DNA from: a candidate division FCPU426 bacterium
GTDB lineage: Bacteria; Oederibacteriota; JAAXVQ01; JAUVAV01
Assembly (NCBI GenBank): GCA_030637655.1
Contig: DAOWGI010000117.1
Coordinates: forward strand, 1 to 27,754
Reading direction: 5' to 3'
Length of the DNA stretch: 27,754 nucleotides
The position numbers and the translations under genes were made by a program. The notes beneath the pieces were generated by a model. That model searched no databases. It worked only from the letters and a program-made list of their open reading frames with translations, and had not been told where the DNA came from. Of this stretch, positions 19,061 to 27,527 are shown in pieces. Every line of letters begins with the position of its first letter. The stretch's first letter is position 1.

Positions 19061-20221
19061 ATGAACTACTTTTTAACCGAAGAACAACAAATGATTGTCG
19101 ACACAGCCCGTGAATTAGCGTTGACCAAGATAAAACCGATTCGGGAAAAATACGATGAAGAAGGGATTTTTCCTTGGGATATCGTGAAAGAAATGTCTGG
19201 GGCGGATATGATGGGCTTGTACATTCCGGAAGAGTATGGCGGCCTGGGCGGCGGTGTTTTCGAACTCTGCCTGGCAGTGGAAGAATTATCAAAAATTTGC
19301 GGCGGTATCTCTTTGGCTATGGCAGCCACAGCTTTAGGGACTTTTCCCATTCTTTTGTTTGGTAGTGAAGAACAGAAAAAGCAATACTTACCGGACATTG
19401 CAGCCGGTAAAAAGCTGGCTGCTTTTGGATTAACAGAAGCCAATGCCGGATCCGATGCTGGAAATATGACTACCACTGCAGTACGCGCCGGCGATGAATA
19501 TGTGCTCAATGGCACTAAGCAATGGATCACTAATGGCGGAGAAGCAGAGACCTACACAATTATAGCCATGACCAATAAAGCCAAAGGAACTCGCGGCGCG
19601 ACCGCGTTTATCGTAGAAAAGGGAACCCCGGGTTTTGAATTTGGAAAAAAAGAGAATAAAATGGGTATCCGCGCTTCAGCTACGCGGGAATTAATTTTCA
19701 CTAATTGCCGGGTTCCTGCTAAGAATATATTGAGTAAAGAGGGCATGGGCTTTATTGTCGCGGTCAATACCCTGAATAATTCCCGTCCGGGAGTTGCCGC
19801 CCAAGCCTTGGGAATCGCTGCCGGTGCCCTGGATGAAGCGGTTAATTATTCTCGTCAACGAGTTCAATTTGATCAACCAATATCCAGTATTCAGGCTGTG
19901 CAGCATATGTTGGCTAATATGGCCACGGAAGTGGAAGCTTCCCGTGCCCTGATCTATGCCGCCGCGCGCACGATCGATGCCGGAGAAAAGAGTTTTGCTA
20001 AAATCTCCGCCATGTCCAAGTTGTTTGCCTCGGAAGTGGCCATGCGCGTGACCACGGATGCGGTTCAGGTGATGGGCGGCTATGGCTACATGAAAGAGTA
20101 TCCGGTAGAGAAAATGATGCGTGACGCCAAAATCACTCAGATATATGAAGGCACTAGTCAGATTCAGAGAAATGAAATTGCTTTGCAATTGATCAAAGAA
20201 GCAGCTAAGGCGGCAAAATAA
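19061..20221 (+). CDS. Acyl-CoA dehydrogenase (short-chain/butyryl-CoA dehydrogenase-like)
   Basis: FGLTEANAGSD, GTKQWITNG, KMGIRAS, R.QF, GGYGY and RDAKITQIYEGT motifs; GGAGG RBS before ATG 19061. Confidence 0.95.
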   Translation: MNYFLTEEQQMIVDTARELALTKIKPIREKYDEEGIFPWDIVKEMSGADMMGLYIPEEYGGLGGGVFELCLAVEELSKICGGISLAMAATALGTFPILLFGSEEQKKQYLPDIAAGKKLAAFGLTEANAGSDAGNMTTTAVRAGDEYVLNGTKQWITNGGEAETYTIIAMTNKAKGTRGATAFIVEKGTPGFEFGKKENKMGIRASATRELIFTNCRVPAKNILSKEGMGFIVAVNTLNNSRPGVAAQALGIAAGALDEAVNYSRQRVQFDQPISSIQAVQHMLANMATEVEASRALIYAAARTIDAGEKSFAKISAMSKLFASEVAMRVTTDAVQVMGGYGYMKEYPVEKMMRDAKITQIYEGTSQIQRNEIALQLIKEAAKAAK

Positions 20222-20223
20222 TC

Positions 20224-20344
20224 GCAGGGACGGATGTATCCGCCCTTACAGAGAGTAGATTATTATGTAGGGGTGCACTGAGTGCGCCCGTTGGGTGAAT
20301 TACGTTCATAATATAAATGTAGGGGCGAACCTTGTGTTCGCCCG
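20224..20344. repeat. Cluster of three REP palindromes
   Basis: GCAGGGACGGATGTATCCGCCCTTAC (20224-20249), GTAGGGGTGCACTGAGTGCGCCCG (20267-20290), GTAGGGGCGAACCTTGTGTTCGCCCG (20319-20344). Confidence 0.8.
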
Positions 20345-20365
20345 GTAAGAAAATGGGAGGCAAAA

Positions 20366-21154
20366 ATGAACATTGTTGTTTTCATTAAGCAAGTTGTAGC
20401 GACCACCAATGTCAAATTGGATCCTGAAACCGGGACCATGATTCGTGATGGTGTTGAATGCATTTTAAATCCGTTTGATGAATACGCGGTAGAAGAAGCC
20501 TTGCGGATTAAAGAAAAAATGGGCGGCAAGGTCACTGTGGTCACCATGGGTCCGCCGCAGGCCAAAGAAATCATACGTAAAACCATTGGTATGGGTGTGG
20601 ATGAGGGTATCCTGATTTCAGATCGCGCTCTGGCCGGATCAGACACCTGGGCCACGGCCTACACGCTATCACAGGTATTGAAAAAAATCGGTGATTATCA
20701 GTTGGTAATTACCGGGAAACAGGCGGTGGACGGAGATACCGCGCAAGTGGGACCGGAAGTGGCTGCCTGCGAAGGTCTGCCCATGATCGCGTGGGTGCGC
20801 AAAATTGAAGAGATTTCGGAAACCTCTATCCGCGCCGAGCGCTTGATGGAAGACGGCTATGATGTTTTGGAAAGTCCGTTGCCGGCGCTGATCAGTGTAG
20901 TAAAAGAAATTAATGAGCCGCGTTTGGAATCCCTCAGAGGTAAAATGAAAGCAAAAAAATATGAGCCAAAGGTTTGGGGTGTGGCGGATATGCCTGGATT
21001 TGATGTGGCCCAAGTAGGTCTCAAGGGCTCGCCGACCAAAGTGTTTAAAACCTTTACCCCCAAACGGCAGTATAAGGGTGAAATGATTGCAGGGGACGCG
21101 GCGCAAGCTGCAGCCACCTTGGTTGGGAAAATCAAAGAAATGAACATTGTTTAA
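20366..21154 (+). CDS. etfB: Electron transfer flavoprotein beta subunit
   Basis: IKQV, NPFDEYAVEEAL, MGP, AGSDTWAT, GKQAVDGDTAQVG, NEPR and GLKGSPT motifs. Confidence 0.96.
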   Translation: MNIVVFIKQVVATTNVKLDPETGTMIRDGVECILNPFDEYAVEEALRIKEKMGGKVTVVTMGPPQAKEIIRKTIGMGVDEGILISDRALAGSDTWATAYTLSQVLKKIGDYQLVITGKQAVDGDTAQVGPEVAACEGLPMIAWVRKIEEISETSIRAERLMEDGYDVLESPLPALISVVKEINEPRLESLRGKMKAKKYEPKVWGVADMPGFDVAQVGLKGSPTKVFKTFTPKRQYKGEMIAGDAAQAAATLVGKIKEMNIV

Positions 21155-21160
21155 TTATAC

Positions 21161-21230
21161 GTAGGGGCGCACTGAGTGCGTCCGTGACCCATTGCAACGC
21201 ACTGCGTGTGCCCGTTGGATGAATTACATT
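21161..21230 (+). repeat. REP plus partial REP copy
   Basis: GTAGGGGCGCACTGAGTGCGTCCGT (21161-21185); 21199-21230 matches 20275-20306 at 28/32 positions. Confidence 0.75.
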
Positions 21231-21248
21231 AGCATCTTAGTTCTCAAA

Positions 21249-21398
21249 TTCGTGCTTTTTATGGCAGAAAATTATTCGCCGTAGAGAGTGCAAAGAATTT
21301 TTTTTGACGGGATTAACAGGATATACGGGATTTTAAATAAACCCTGTCAATCCTGTTATCCTGTCAAATATCTTTGGTTCCGGCTTGTCCGGATTAGG
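21249..21398. mobile_element. Putative composite non-autonomous (MITE-like) palindromic element
   Basis: Imperfect hairpin 21249-21295; hairpin 21303-21368 with three ACRGGAT sub-repeats per arm; terminal TTTGGTTCCGGCTTGTCCGGATTAGG. Mobility is inferred. Confidence 0.45.
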
Positions 21399-21412
21399 AG
21401 GAACATTTTAAT

Positions 21413-22414
21413 ATGAATACCGATGATTATAAAAATGTTTGGATTTACGCGGAACAACGTGCCGGCAAGTTGAGTACAGTGTCTTACGAATTGTTGGGTG
21501 CGGGCCGCAAATTGGCGGATGATCTGGGTCAACAATTGGTTGCCATACTGTTAGGATCCAACATGCGCGCGGCGGCTGATGAGTTGATCGCGTACGGTGC
21601 GGATAAAGTATATTATATGGACAGTCCGGCTTTGGAAAAATTCGCGGATGAACCATACGCGCGGGTTCTGACTGATCTGGTCAAAGAACACAAACCAGCC
21701 ATTGTTTTAGCCGGTGCCACGGCAATTGGGCGTTCCTTTATTCCTCGCGTGGCTGCGGAACTGCGAACAGGTATGACTGCCGATTGCACAGGCTTAGATA
21801 TTGATCCGGAAAAGAAGATATTACTCGGTACGCGTCCGGCCTATGGCGGGAATATCATGGCCACCATTATTTGTGAAGAAAAGCGGCCGCAAATGGCCAC
21901 GGTTCGTCACAAAGTCATGAAACCCTTGGAAAAAGACGATAGTCGTAAGGGTGAAGTGATGGAAAAATCCATTGTGGAGAGCGAACTGACTATTCGCGCT
22001 AAAGTAGTGGATATTATCAAGGAAATGGAAGATACCTGTAATATCGCGGAAGCGGATATCATTGTGACCGGCGGCCGGGGTGTTGGCTGTAAAGAGAATT
22101 TTGCCCTGGTGCATGATTTGGCCGCGGCCATCGGAGGCGCAGTAGGCGCTTCCCGCGCAGTGGTAGATGCGGGCTGGGTTCCGTATTCGCACCAAGTTGG
22201 TCAGACCGGTAAAACTGTTTGCCCGAAAATATACTTTGCTTTGGGTGTTTCCGGCGCTATTCAGCATCTGGCCGGCATGCAGTCCTCGGATGTTATTATT
22301 GCAGTGAACAATAATCCGGATGCTGAAATTTTCAAAGTGGCCACCTATGGTATTGTCGGTAACTTAAATGAAGTTGTTCCTGAAATGATCAAACAATTAA
22401 AAAACGGAGCTTGA
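21413..22414 (+). CDS. etfA: Electron transfer flavoprotein alpha subunit
   Basis: G.TADCT, TRPAYGGNIMATI, RPQMATVR, GGRG, GASR, QVGQTGKTV and GVSGAIQHLAGM motifs. Confidence 0.96.
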   Translation: MNTDDYKNVWIYAEQRAGKLSTVSYELLGAGRKLADDLGQQLVAILLGSNMRAAADELIAYGADKVYYMDSPALEKFADEPYARVLTDLVKEHKPAIVLAGATAIGRSFIPRVAAELRTGMTADCTGLDIDPEKKILLGTRPAYGGNIMATIICEEKRPQMATVRHKVMKPLEKDDSRKGEVMEKSIVESELTIRAKVVDIIKEMEDTCNIAEADIIVTGGRGVGCKENFALVHDLAAAIGGAVGASRAVVDAGWVPYSHQVGQTGKTVCPKIYFALGVSGAIQHLAGMQSSDVIIAVNNNPDAEIFKVATYGIVGNLNEVVPEMIKQLKNGA

Positions 22415-22418
22415 TTTT

Positions 22419-24725
22419 ATGTCCGCTTCAGCGGCTCGCAGGAGTCGATGCTTTGCGGTAGTCACATTGCTTTTTTTTGTGGTAGCTCAGGGGTCTGGGG
22501 TAAAAGCTGAAAACGTGGCAGCGCAGACTACGACCTCTGTGGCTACAGTCGTATTGAAATACATACCCCAAGCTCCTGAACTTTCCATGCTACAGCGCGT
22601 TTTTCCGTCTGCTGATAAACGTCCATCCACCCTGGCGTTGAGTTATTATCATTCCCTGATCCAAATTTGTCAGTATTCAAATACCCATGCCGGTCCCAAA
22701 GGAAATTTGATATTACCCGGATTCCGGCAGTTAAGGAAAGATTTGGTTTTTGCCTTGCATTTGGGAGATGAGGAACGACTGCTTATACCCGGACAAAAAG
22801 GAGCAGCGCTTACTCTTTCCGTGCATCCGGGGAGCGTTCAGGAGAAATGGATATGGCCGGATGGGTTGATTCTCACGCGCCGGTATTATCAATCACCAAA
22901 GCAAGTGGGCGCCGGTATCCGCTATGTGATCTATAATCAAACCAACCGTTTTATCAATGGACTGCGTTTTGTCGCGTATTTGCATGATCCTGAGATTGTC
23001 GGATATGCCGGGCAGGAAGAAAATGAAGAGGATGATGAATTGTTTGCCGATCCTCGCGAGGCGTTACTGTATCAACGTGATTATAGTGTTCGTGAGGAAA
23101 GTTGGGTTGGTATGGGCTGGAGCACGGAAAGCGGCTTAATAACAGCCGGTGAACGCGTCGGTGCGCATGACCGGCTTACGCATCGTTTTAACCAAACCAC
23201 CTCCAGTCTTGGCATAACATTGGAAACGCCGGCCAAGGATCTGCCCAACGGACAATTTTTCACTACCACCTTTTGGACCACCTGGGGTATTGATCGGGAC
23301 ACAATCGCGAAAATGTTTATACATTTGCGAAAAACAGAAGACTTCAGGGACTGGGAGGAGACTGGGATTGAGCAAGTACGCGCAGGTATGCAGTTTTCAA
23401 GTAATGATCAGAACTTGGCCTATGTGTTTCAATCCCTAAAGGCCTGGACACCCTGGATGGTACGCAAGGATTCGTTCGGACAATTATATTTGGCATCCTT
23501 AGCCACCACTAATCCGGTAACGCCGGAACACGTGCTTAAGGGAATCAAGGGATTACTTTCTTTTCAGCAGCATAAAGTCATTCGACAGTATTTGGAGTTT
23601 TGGCTGGACCAACGCTCTGAAACACCGGATGTAGCCTATACCATTTTATTGACCTCGGCGTATTACCAAGCTACCCAAGATAATACCTGGCTGCAAGAAA
23701 ATGATATTCGTATAAAAGAACTGGCACAATACCTGGCGGATCTGGATCAGGACAAAAACGGAATGCCGGAATACCGGTTAACCTTGCCGGGGAAAAAAGC
23801 AGCCTATCATCGACAGTTGGAGTTCCTGCAGCACAGCATTGCCAGTGCCGATGCTTTTACTCAGGCAGCGGAGTTGTTAGCTGCCATGCCTGAGGAAAAA
23901 GATATGGATACCATTAAGGCCTGCCGGGCGCTGGCGAAAAAAGGCTATGCCGGTCTGGAGAAATTTTGGACTAAACAAAACGGCAAAGGCTATTATGCCG
24001 CGGTACTGGTACAAGGGAATCATTTACCATACAAAGGTCTGGCTATAATGGACCTTATGCCTAATAAAGCAGGAGCAACGGACAAACTGGAAGAGAGTTT
24101 TCAGGATATTTGGCAGACCTCGGTCTGGCGCACGTCCCATGAGCGCTATCGTTTATATTTAAATCAAGATCCGGAATACACCGGGGAAATACTATTGGAT
24201 CAGAACCAACTCAATTTACCCTACACGCATAAAGTATTACAGCACGGATTAAAGCATTCTCAAACCTGCAATGAAGCCATCACACGCTTGCGACACTATG
24301 TCAAAAATATGGTGCTGGATCCAGCTATTTTAGGTATGCCAGGTCAATCCGGAATAGAGATTGCGGCTGTAGATGTGGCGGCTCTGAATTTTATCGAACT
24401 GCTAATCAGTGGTTTGTGCGGTCTGGAAATAGCGGACAATGGCTTAAAAGTAAATATTCCGGAGTATACCGAGGATTTGGGAATTGAGATAAAAAATCTT
24501 CCCTGGCGTAAGAAGAAGATCAATATTAAGGTTGTGGGAAAAGGTGGAGGCAAGGGAACCATCTATGTGAATGGCAAAAAAATCACTTCCAACACACTTT
24601 TAGTCGAGAAACAGCTGCCAGGTAGTATAATAACAGTGGAAATCAAGCGAAAACCGTCAAAAAAGCGGAAAAGCCGCAAAAAGTCCAAAAAAACGAAGAA
24701 AAAGAAGCAGAAAAGAAAATATTGA
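22419..24725 (+). CDS. Large secreted hypothetical protein, probably an (alpha/alpha)6 glycoside-hydrolase-like fold, with a polybasic C-tail
   Basis: Signal peptide; YYQATQDNTWL..E...L...DQDKNGMPE and GLCGL...NLPWR...VNGK resemble six-hairpin glycosidase segments; starts 4 nt after the etfA stop. Confidence 0.6.
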   Translation: MSASAARRSRCFAVVTLLFFVVAQGSGVKAENVAAQTTTSVATVVLKYIPQAPELSMLQRVFPSADKRPSTLALSYYHSLIQICQYSNTHAGPKGNLILPGFRQLRKDLVFALHLGDEERLLIPGQKGAALTLSVHPGSVQEKWIWPDGLILTRRYYQSPKQVGAGIRYVIYNQTNRFINGLRFVAYLHDPEIVGYAGQEENEEDDELFADPREALLYQRDYSVREESWVGMGWSTESGLITAGERVGAHDRLTHRFNQTTSSLGITLETPAKDLPNGQFFTTTFWTTWGIDRDTIAKMFIHLRKTEDFRDWEETGIEQVRAGMQFSSNDQNLAYVFQSLKAWTPWMVRKDSFGQLYLASLATTNPVTPEHVLKGIKGLLSFQQHKVIRQYLEFWLDQRSETPDVAYTILLTSAYYQATQDNTWLQENDIRIKELAQYLADLDQDKNGMPEYRLTLPGKKAAYHRQLEFLQHSIASADAFTQAAELLAAMPEEKDMDTIKACRALAKKGYAGLEKFWTKQNGKGYYAAVLVQGNHLPYKGLAIMDLMPNKAGATDKLEESFQDIWQTSVWRTSHERYRLYLNQDPEYTGEILLDQNQLNLPYTHKVLQHGLKHSQTCNEAITRLRHYVKNMVLDPAILGMPGQSGIEIAAVDVAALNFIELLISGLCGLEIADNGLKVNIPEYTEDLGIEIKNLPWRKKKINIKVVGKGGGKGTIYVNGKKITSNTLLVEKQLPGSIITVEIKRKPSKKRKSRKKSKKTKKKKQKRKY

Positions 24726-24750
24726 CAAAAATGTAAGAATGTGATACAAA
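24722..24750 (+). promoter_or_regulatory. Putative sigma70 promoter for rpsO-pnp
   Basis: TTGACA (24722-24727), 17-nt spacer, TGn-TACAAA (24745-24750). Confidence 0.55.
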
Positions 24751-24801
24751 GATATTCGCAATTTACATTTTCCGAAAAATGCTTTTTTAAAGGAAAATCT
24801 G

Positions 24802-24866
24802 AAGGTGATCGTGTCCAGCCAATCGAATACCTTATTGTTCTCGTATAAAAACCGAGTGACGAAGGT
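24802..24866 (+). promoter_or_regulatory. Candidate structured rpsO (S15) leader
   Basis: Hairpin TACCTT..CTCG-TATAAAAC-CGAG..AAGGTA (24828-24866); alternative AAGGT 24802 / ACCTT 24829 pairing; long 5' UTR. Confidence 0.4.
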
Positions 24867-24914
24867 AACAATTATATAGTGTTAATATAATTTTATAGAA
24901 AGGAGGCCATAAAG

Positions 24915-25184
24915 ATGGCACTCGTAAAAGAAAGAAAAAAAGAGCTTATTGAAGACAATAAAGTTCATAATACTGACACAGGTTCTCCTGAAGTTCAGAT
25001 CGCAATGCTTTCTGAACGCATTAATGGGCTTGCCGGGCATTTTAAAAGTCATCACAAGGACCATCATTCTCGTACTGGTCTTTTAATGATTGTCAGTAAG
25101 CGTCGTCGTCTGCTTGATTATTTAAAAAAACATCATGTCAGCCGCTATAAAGCGATTCTAAACAAATTAAATCTACGTAAGTAA
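24915..25184 (+). CDS. rpsO: 30S ribosomal protein S15
   Basis: [20 protein letters not shown]...[14 protein letters not shown]. Confidence 0.98.
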   Translation: MALVKERKKELIEDNKVHNTDTGSPEVQIAMLSERINGLAGHFKSHHKDHHSRTGLLMIVSKRRRLLDYLKKHHVSRYKAILNKLNLRK

Positions 25185-25236
25185 AACTACAGAAAGTACA
25201 CTGGTTTTTCCGGGGTAAACCTAAGGAGGCAATACT

Positions 25237-27348
25237 TTGACAGGAATGATATCCGTCAGCCGTGAAGTGGCTGGACGAACACTCACCATAACAACTGGAC
25301 ATGTGGCTCGCCAAGCACATGGTTCTGTTACTGTGCAATACGGCAGCACCGTAGTGTTGGTAACAGCAGTCTGTGCGCATGAAATACGTGAGGGAGCCGG
25401 AGATTTTATACCGCTCACAGTTGAATATCGCGAAAGAACTTACGCGGCCGGTAAAATTCCCGGCGGCTTTTTCAAGCGTGGGGGACGCCCGGGAGAAAAG
25501 GAAATATTGACGGCTCGCTTGGTGGATCGCGCGATTCGTCCGCAGGTTCCCAAAGGCTTGCGGAATGAGTTGCAAGTGTATGCCTTGGTTATTTCTTCGG
25601 ACATGGAGAACAACTCGGATGTTCCGGCTTTGATTGGCGCCTCCGCTGCGATGGGAATTTCCGACATCCCGTTTGAAAATTATTTAAGTTCAGTTCGTGT
25701 CGGCCGTATTAAGGGTGAGTTTGTTATTAATCCGACCTTTGAGCAAGTCACCCAAAGTGAGATGGACATTGTGGTGGCCGGCAGCCGCGATAGTATTGTC
25801 ATGGTTGAGGGTGAGGCTGAACAAATCGTGGAAGAGACGATTTTAGAAGCTTTTACATTAGGTCAAAAAATCAATCGCGAAGTCATTGAACTGCAGGAAG
25901 AACTCATTGAGAAGGTCGGGAAGCAGAAGCGGATCCTGGACCTCAAAGTTATTGCCGCCGAAGTGCAGGAAAAGGTCAAAGCTAAGGCCGGCGATATCAT
26001 TGCTCAGGCGGTTCGCATAGAAGAAAAACAGGCTCGGGCAATAGCTGTGGCAGAAGCCAAAACCACTGTGCTGGAGAAGGTCAAAGCCGAGTATGGCGAT
26101 GCCTGGACAGAAGCTGTTGAAAAAGATGTCCGGTCGGTCATGGGTGATATTGAGGTGGATACCGTACGTTCTGATATTGCCAATAATCACCGTCGTCCGG
26201 ATGGACGTGGTTTAAAAGACATTCGGTCGTTGAACTGCGAAGTCAATGTTTTGCCACGACCACATGGTTCAGCCATCTTTACCCGGGGCCAGACCCAAGC
26301 CTTGGTGGTTACCACGCTGGGAACCGGCTCGGATCAACAACTGATGGAACAGTTGGAGCGTGAATACAAGAAAAATTTCATGCTATATTATAATTTTCCT
26401 TCGTTTTCGGTAGGAGAAGCAAAACCCATTCGCGGTCCAGGACGTCGTGAAATAGGACACGGAATGCTGGCCGAGCGTGCCATTGCACCGTTGATTCCGG
26501 AAAAAGAAAAATTCAATTATACCATTCAGATTACGTCGGATATTTTAGAATCCAATGGATCGTCATCCATGGCATCTGTGTGCGGGGCCTCATTGTCCCT
26601 AATGGATGCAGGGGTACCGATTGCTTCACATGTGGCCGGTATTGCCATGGGCTTAGTCAAGTATAATGACAAATACACCATTTTAACGGATATTCAGGGT
26701 TTGGAAGATCACTTTGGTGATATGGATTTCAAAGTGGCTGGAACCCGTGCTGGTATTACTGCCATTCAGATGGATATCAAAATTACAGGTCTTAGCGAAG
26801 ACTTGATGAAGCAGGCCATGGAACAGGCCAAAGAAGCCAGACTAAAGATTTTGGATAACATGGACCAGACCATCTCGCAGCCTAATACCGAGCTCTCGGA
26901 ATATGCTCCGAGAATTGTGTCTGTTCAGATTAATCCTGATGATATACGTACAATTATTGGTCCGGGTGGCAAGATGATCAAAAAGATCACTGAAGAAACC
27001 GGCGCGCAGATCGAGATCGAAGACAGTGGTAAAGTAAACATCGCAGCCCGTGATCCCGAAATAGTGAAAGCAGCTATTGATTGGATTAACAAACTGGCTC
27101 CGAAAATTGAAATCGGCAAGATCTATCATGGGGAAGTGAAAAAAATCATGGATTTTGGCGCGTTTGTGGAAGTGGTGCCCAACAAAGACGGTTTGGTGCA
27201 TATCTCTCAATTGTCCAATCAGCGTGTCAACCAAGTGACAGATGTGGTAAAAGAGGGTGATGTGATCGCTGTCAAAGTCTTGGAAATCGATGAGAAAGGG
27301 AAGATTCGCCTCTCGCATAAGGACGCGTTAAAAGAAGAAGCGGAATAA
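25237..27348 (+). CDS. pnp: Polynucleotide phosphorylase (TTG start)
   Basis: AAGKIPGGF, R.DGR, RREIGHG, SNGSSSMAS and GDMDFKVAG motifs; KH (IIGPGG) and S1 (FGAFVE, GLVHIS) domains; AAGGAGG RBS 7 nt upstream. Confidence 0.98.
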   Translation: MTGMISVSREVAGRTLTITTGHVARQAHGSVTVQYGSTVVLVTAVCAHEIREGAGDFIPLTVEYRERTYAAGKIPGGFFKRGGRPGEKEILTARLVDRAIRPQVPKGLRNELQVYALVISSDMENNSDVPALIGASAAMGISDIPFENYLSSVRVGRIKGEFVINPTFEQVTQSEMDIVVAGSRDSIVMVEGEAEQIVEETILEAFTLGQKINREVIELQEELIEKVGKQKRILDLKVIAAEVQEKVKAKAGDIIAQAVRIEEKQARAIAVAEAKTTVLEKVKAEYGDAWTEAVEKDVRSVMGDIEVDTVRSDIANNHRRPDGRGLKDIRSLNCEVNVLPRPHGSAIFTRGQTQALVVTTLGTGSDQQLMEQLEREYKKNFMLYYNFPSFSVGEAKPIRGPGRREIGHGMLAERAIAPLIPEKEKFNYTIQITSDILESNGSSSMASVCGASLSLMDAGVPIASHVAGIAMGLVKYNDKYTILTDIQGLEDHFGDMDFKVAGTRAGITAIQMDIKITGLSEDLMKQAMEQAKEARLKILDNMDQTISQPNTELSEYAPRIVSVQINPDDIRTIIGPGGKMIKKITEETGAQIEIEDSGKVNIAARDPEIVKAAIDWINKLAPKIEIGKIYHGEVKKIMDFGAFVEVVPNKDGLVHISQLSNQRVNQVTDVVKEGDVIAVKVLEIDEKGKIRLSHKDALKEEAE

Positions 27349-27364
27349 GCATAAGCATTTATCC

Positions 27365-27398
27365 AAGAGCACAGGCCAAAAGCTTGTGCTCTTTTTTT
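27365..27398 (+). terminator. Intrinsic terminator after pnp
   Basis: AAGAGCACAGG...CTTGTGCTCTT followed by a T-run. Confidence 0.85.
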
Positions 27399-27413
27399 GT
27401 CAAAAAAATCATT

Positions 27414-27511
27414 GTAGGGGCGATTCCATGTAATCGCCCTCTGAAATCCAGGGATCAATATAAAGCAAAACGAGAATGCAGTTATGGGTGAAAACATGGT
27501 TTTGCCCATAC
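27414..27511. repeat. Two oppositely oriented REP-like hairpins
   Basis: + strand GTAGGGGCGATTCCATGTAATCGCCCT (27414-27440); - strand GTATGGGCAAAACCATGTTTTCACCCATA (27511-27483). Confidence 0.7.
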
Positions 27512-27527
27512 GCATAATTAACATTTA

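Noticed and set aside
21371-21398. Integron attC site suggested by the TTAGG end
   Set aside because: The sequence is ATTAGG rather than GTTRRRY, with no matching RYYYAAC box and no cassette structure or integrase.
27219-27524. 101-aa minus-strand ORF at the end of pnp
   Set aside because: It runs through REPs, the terminator and antisense pnp, and has no HUH/Tyr transposase motifs.
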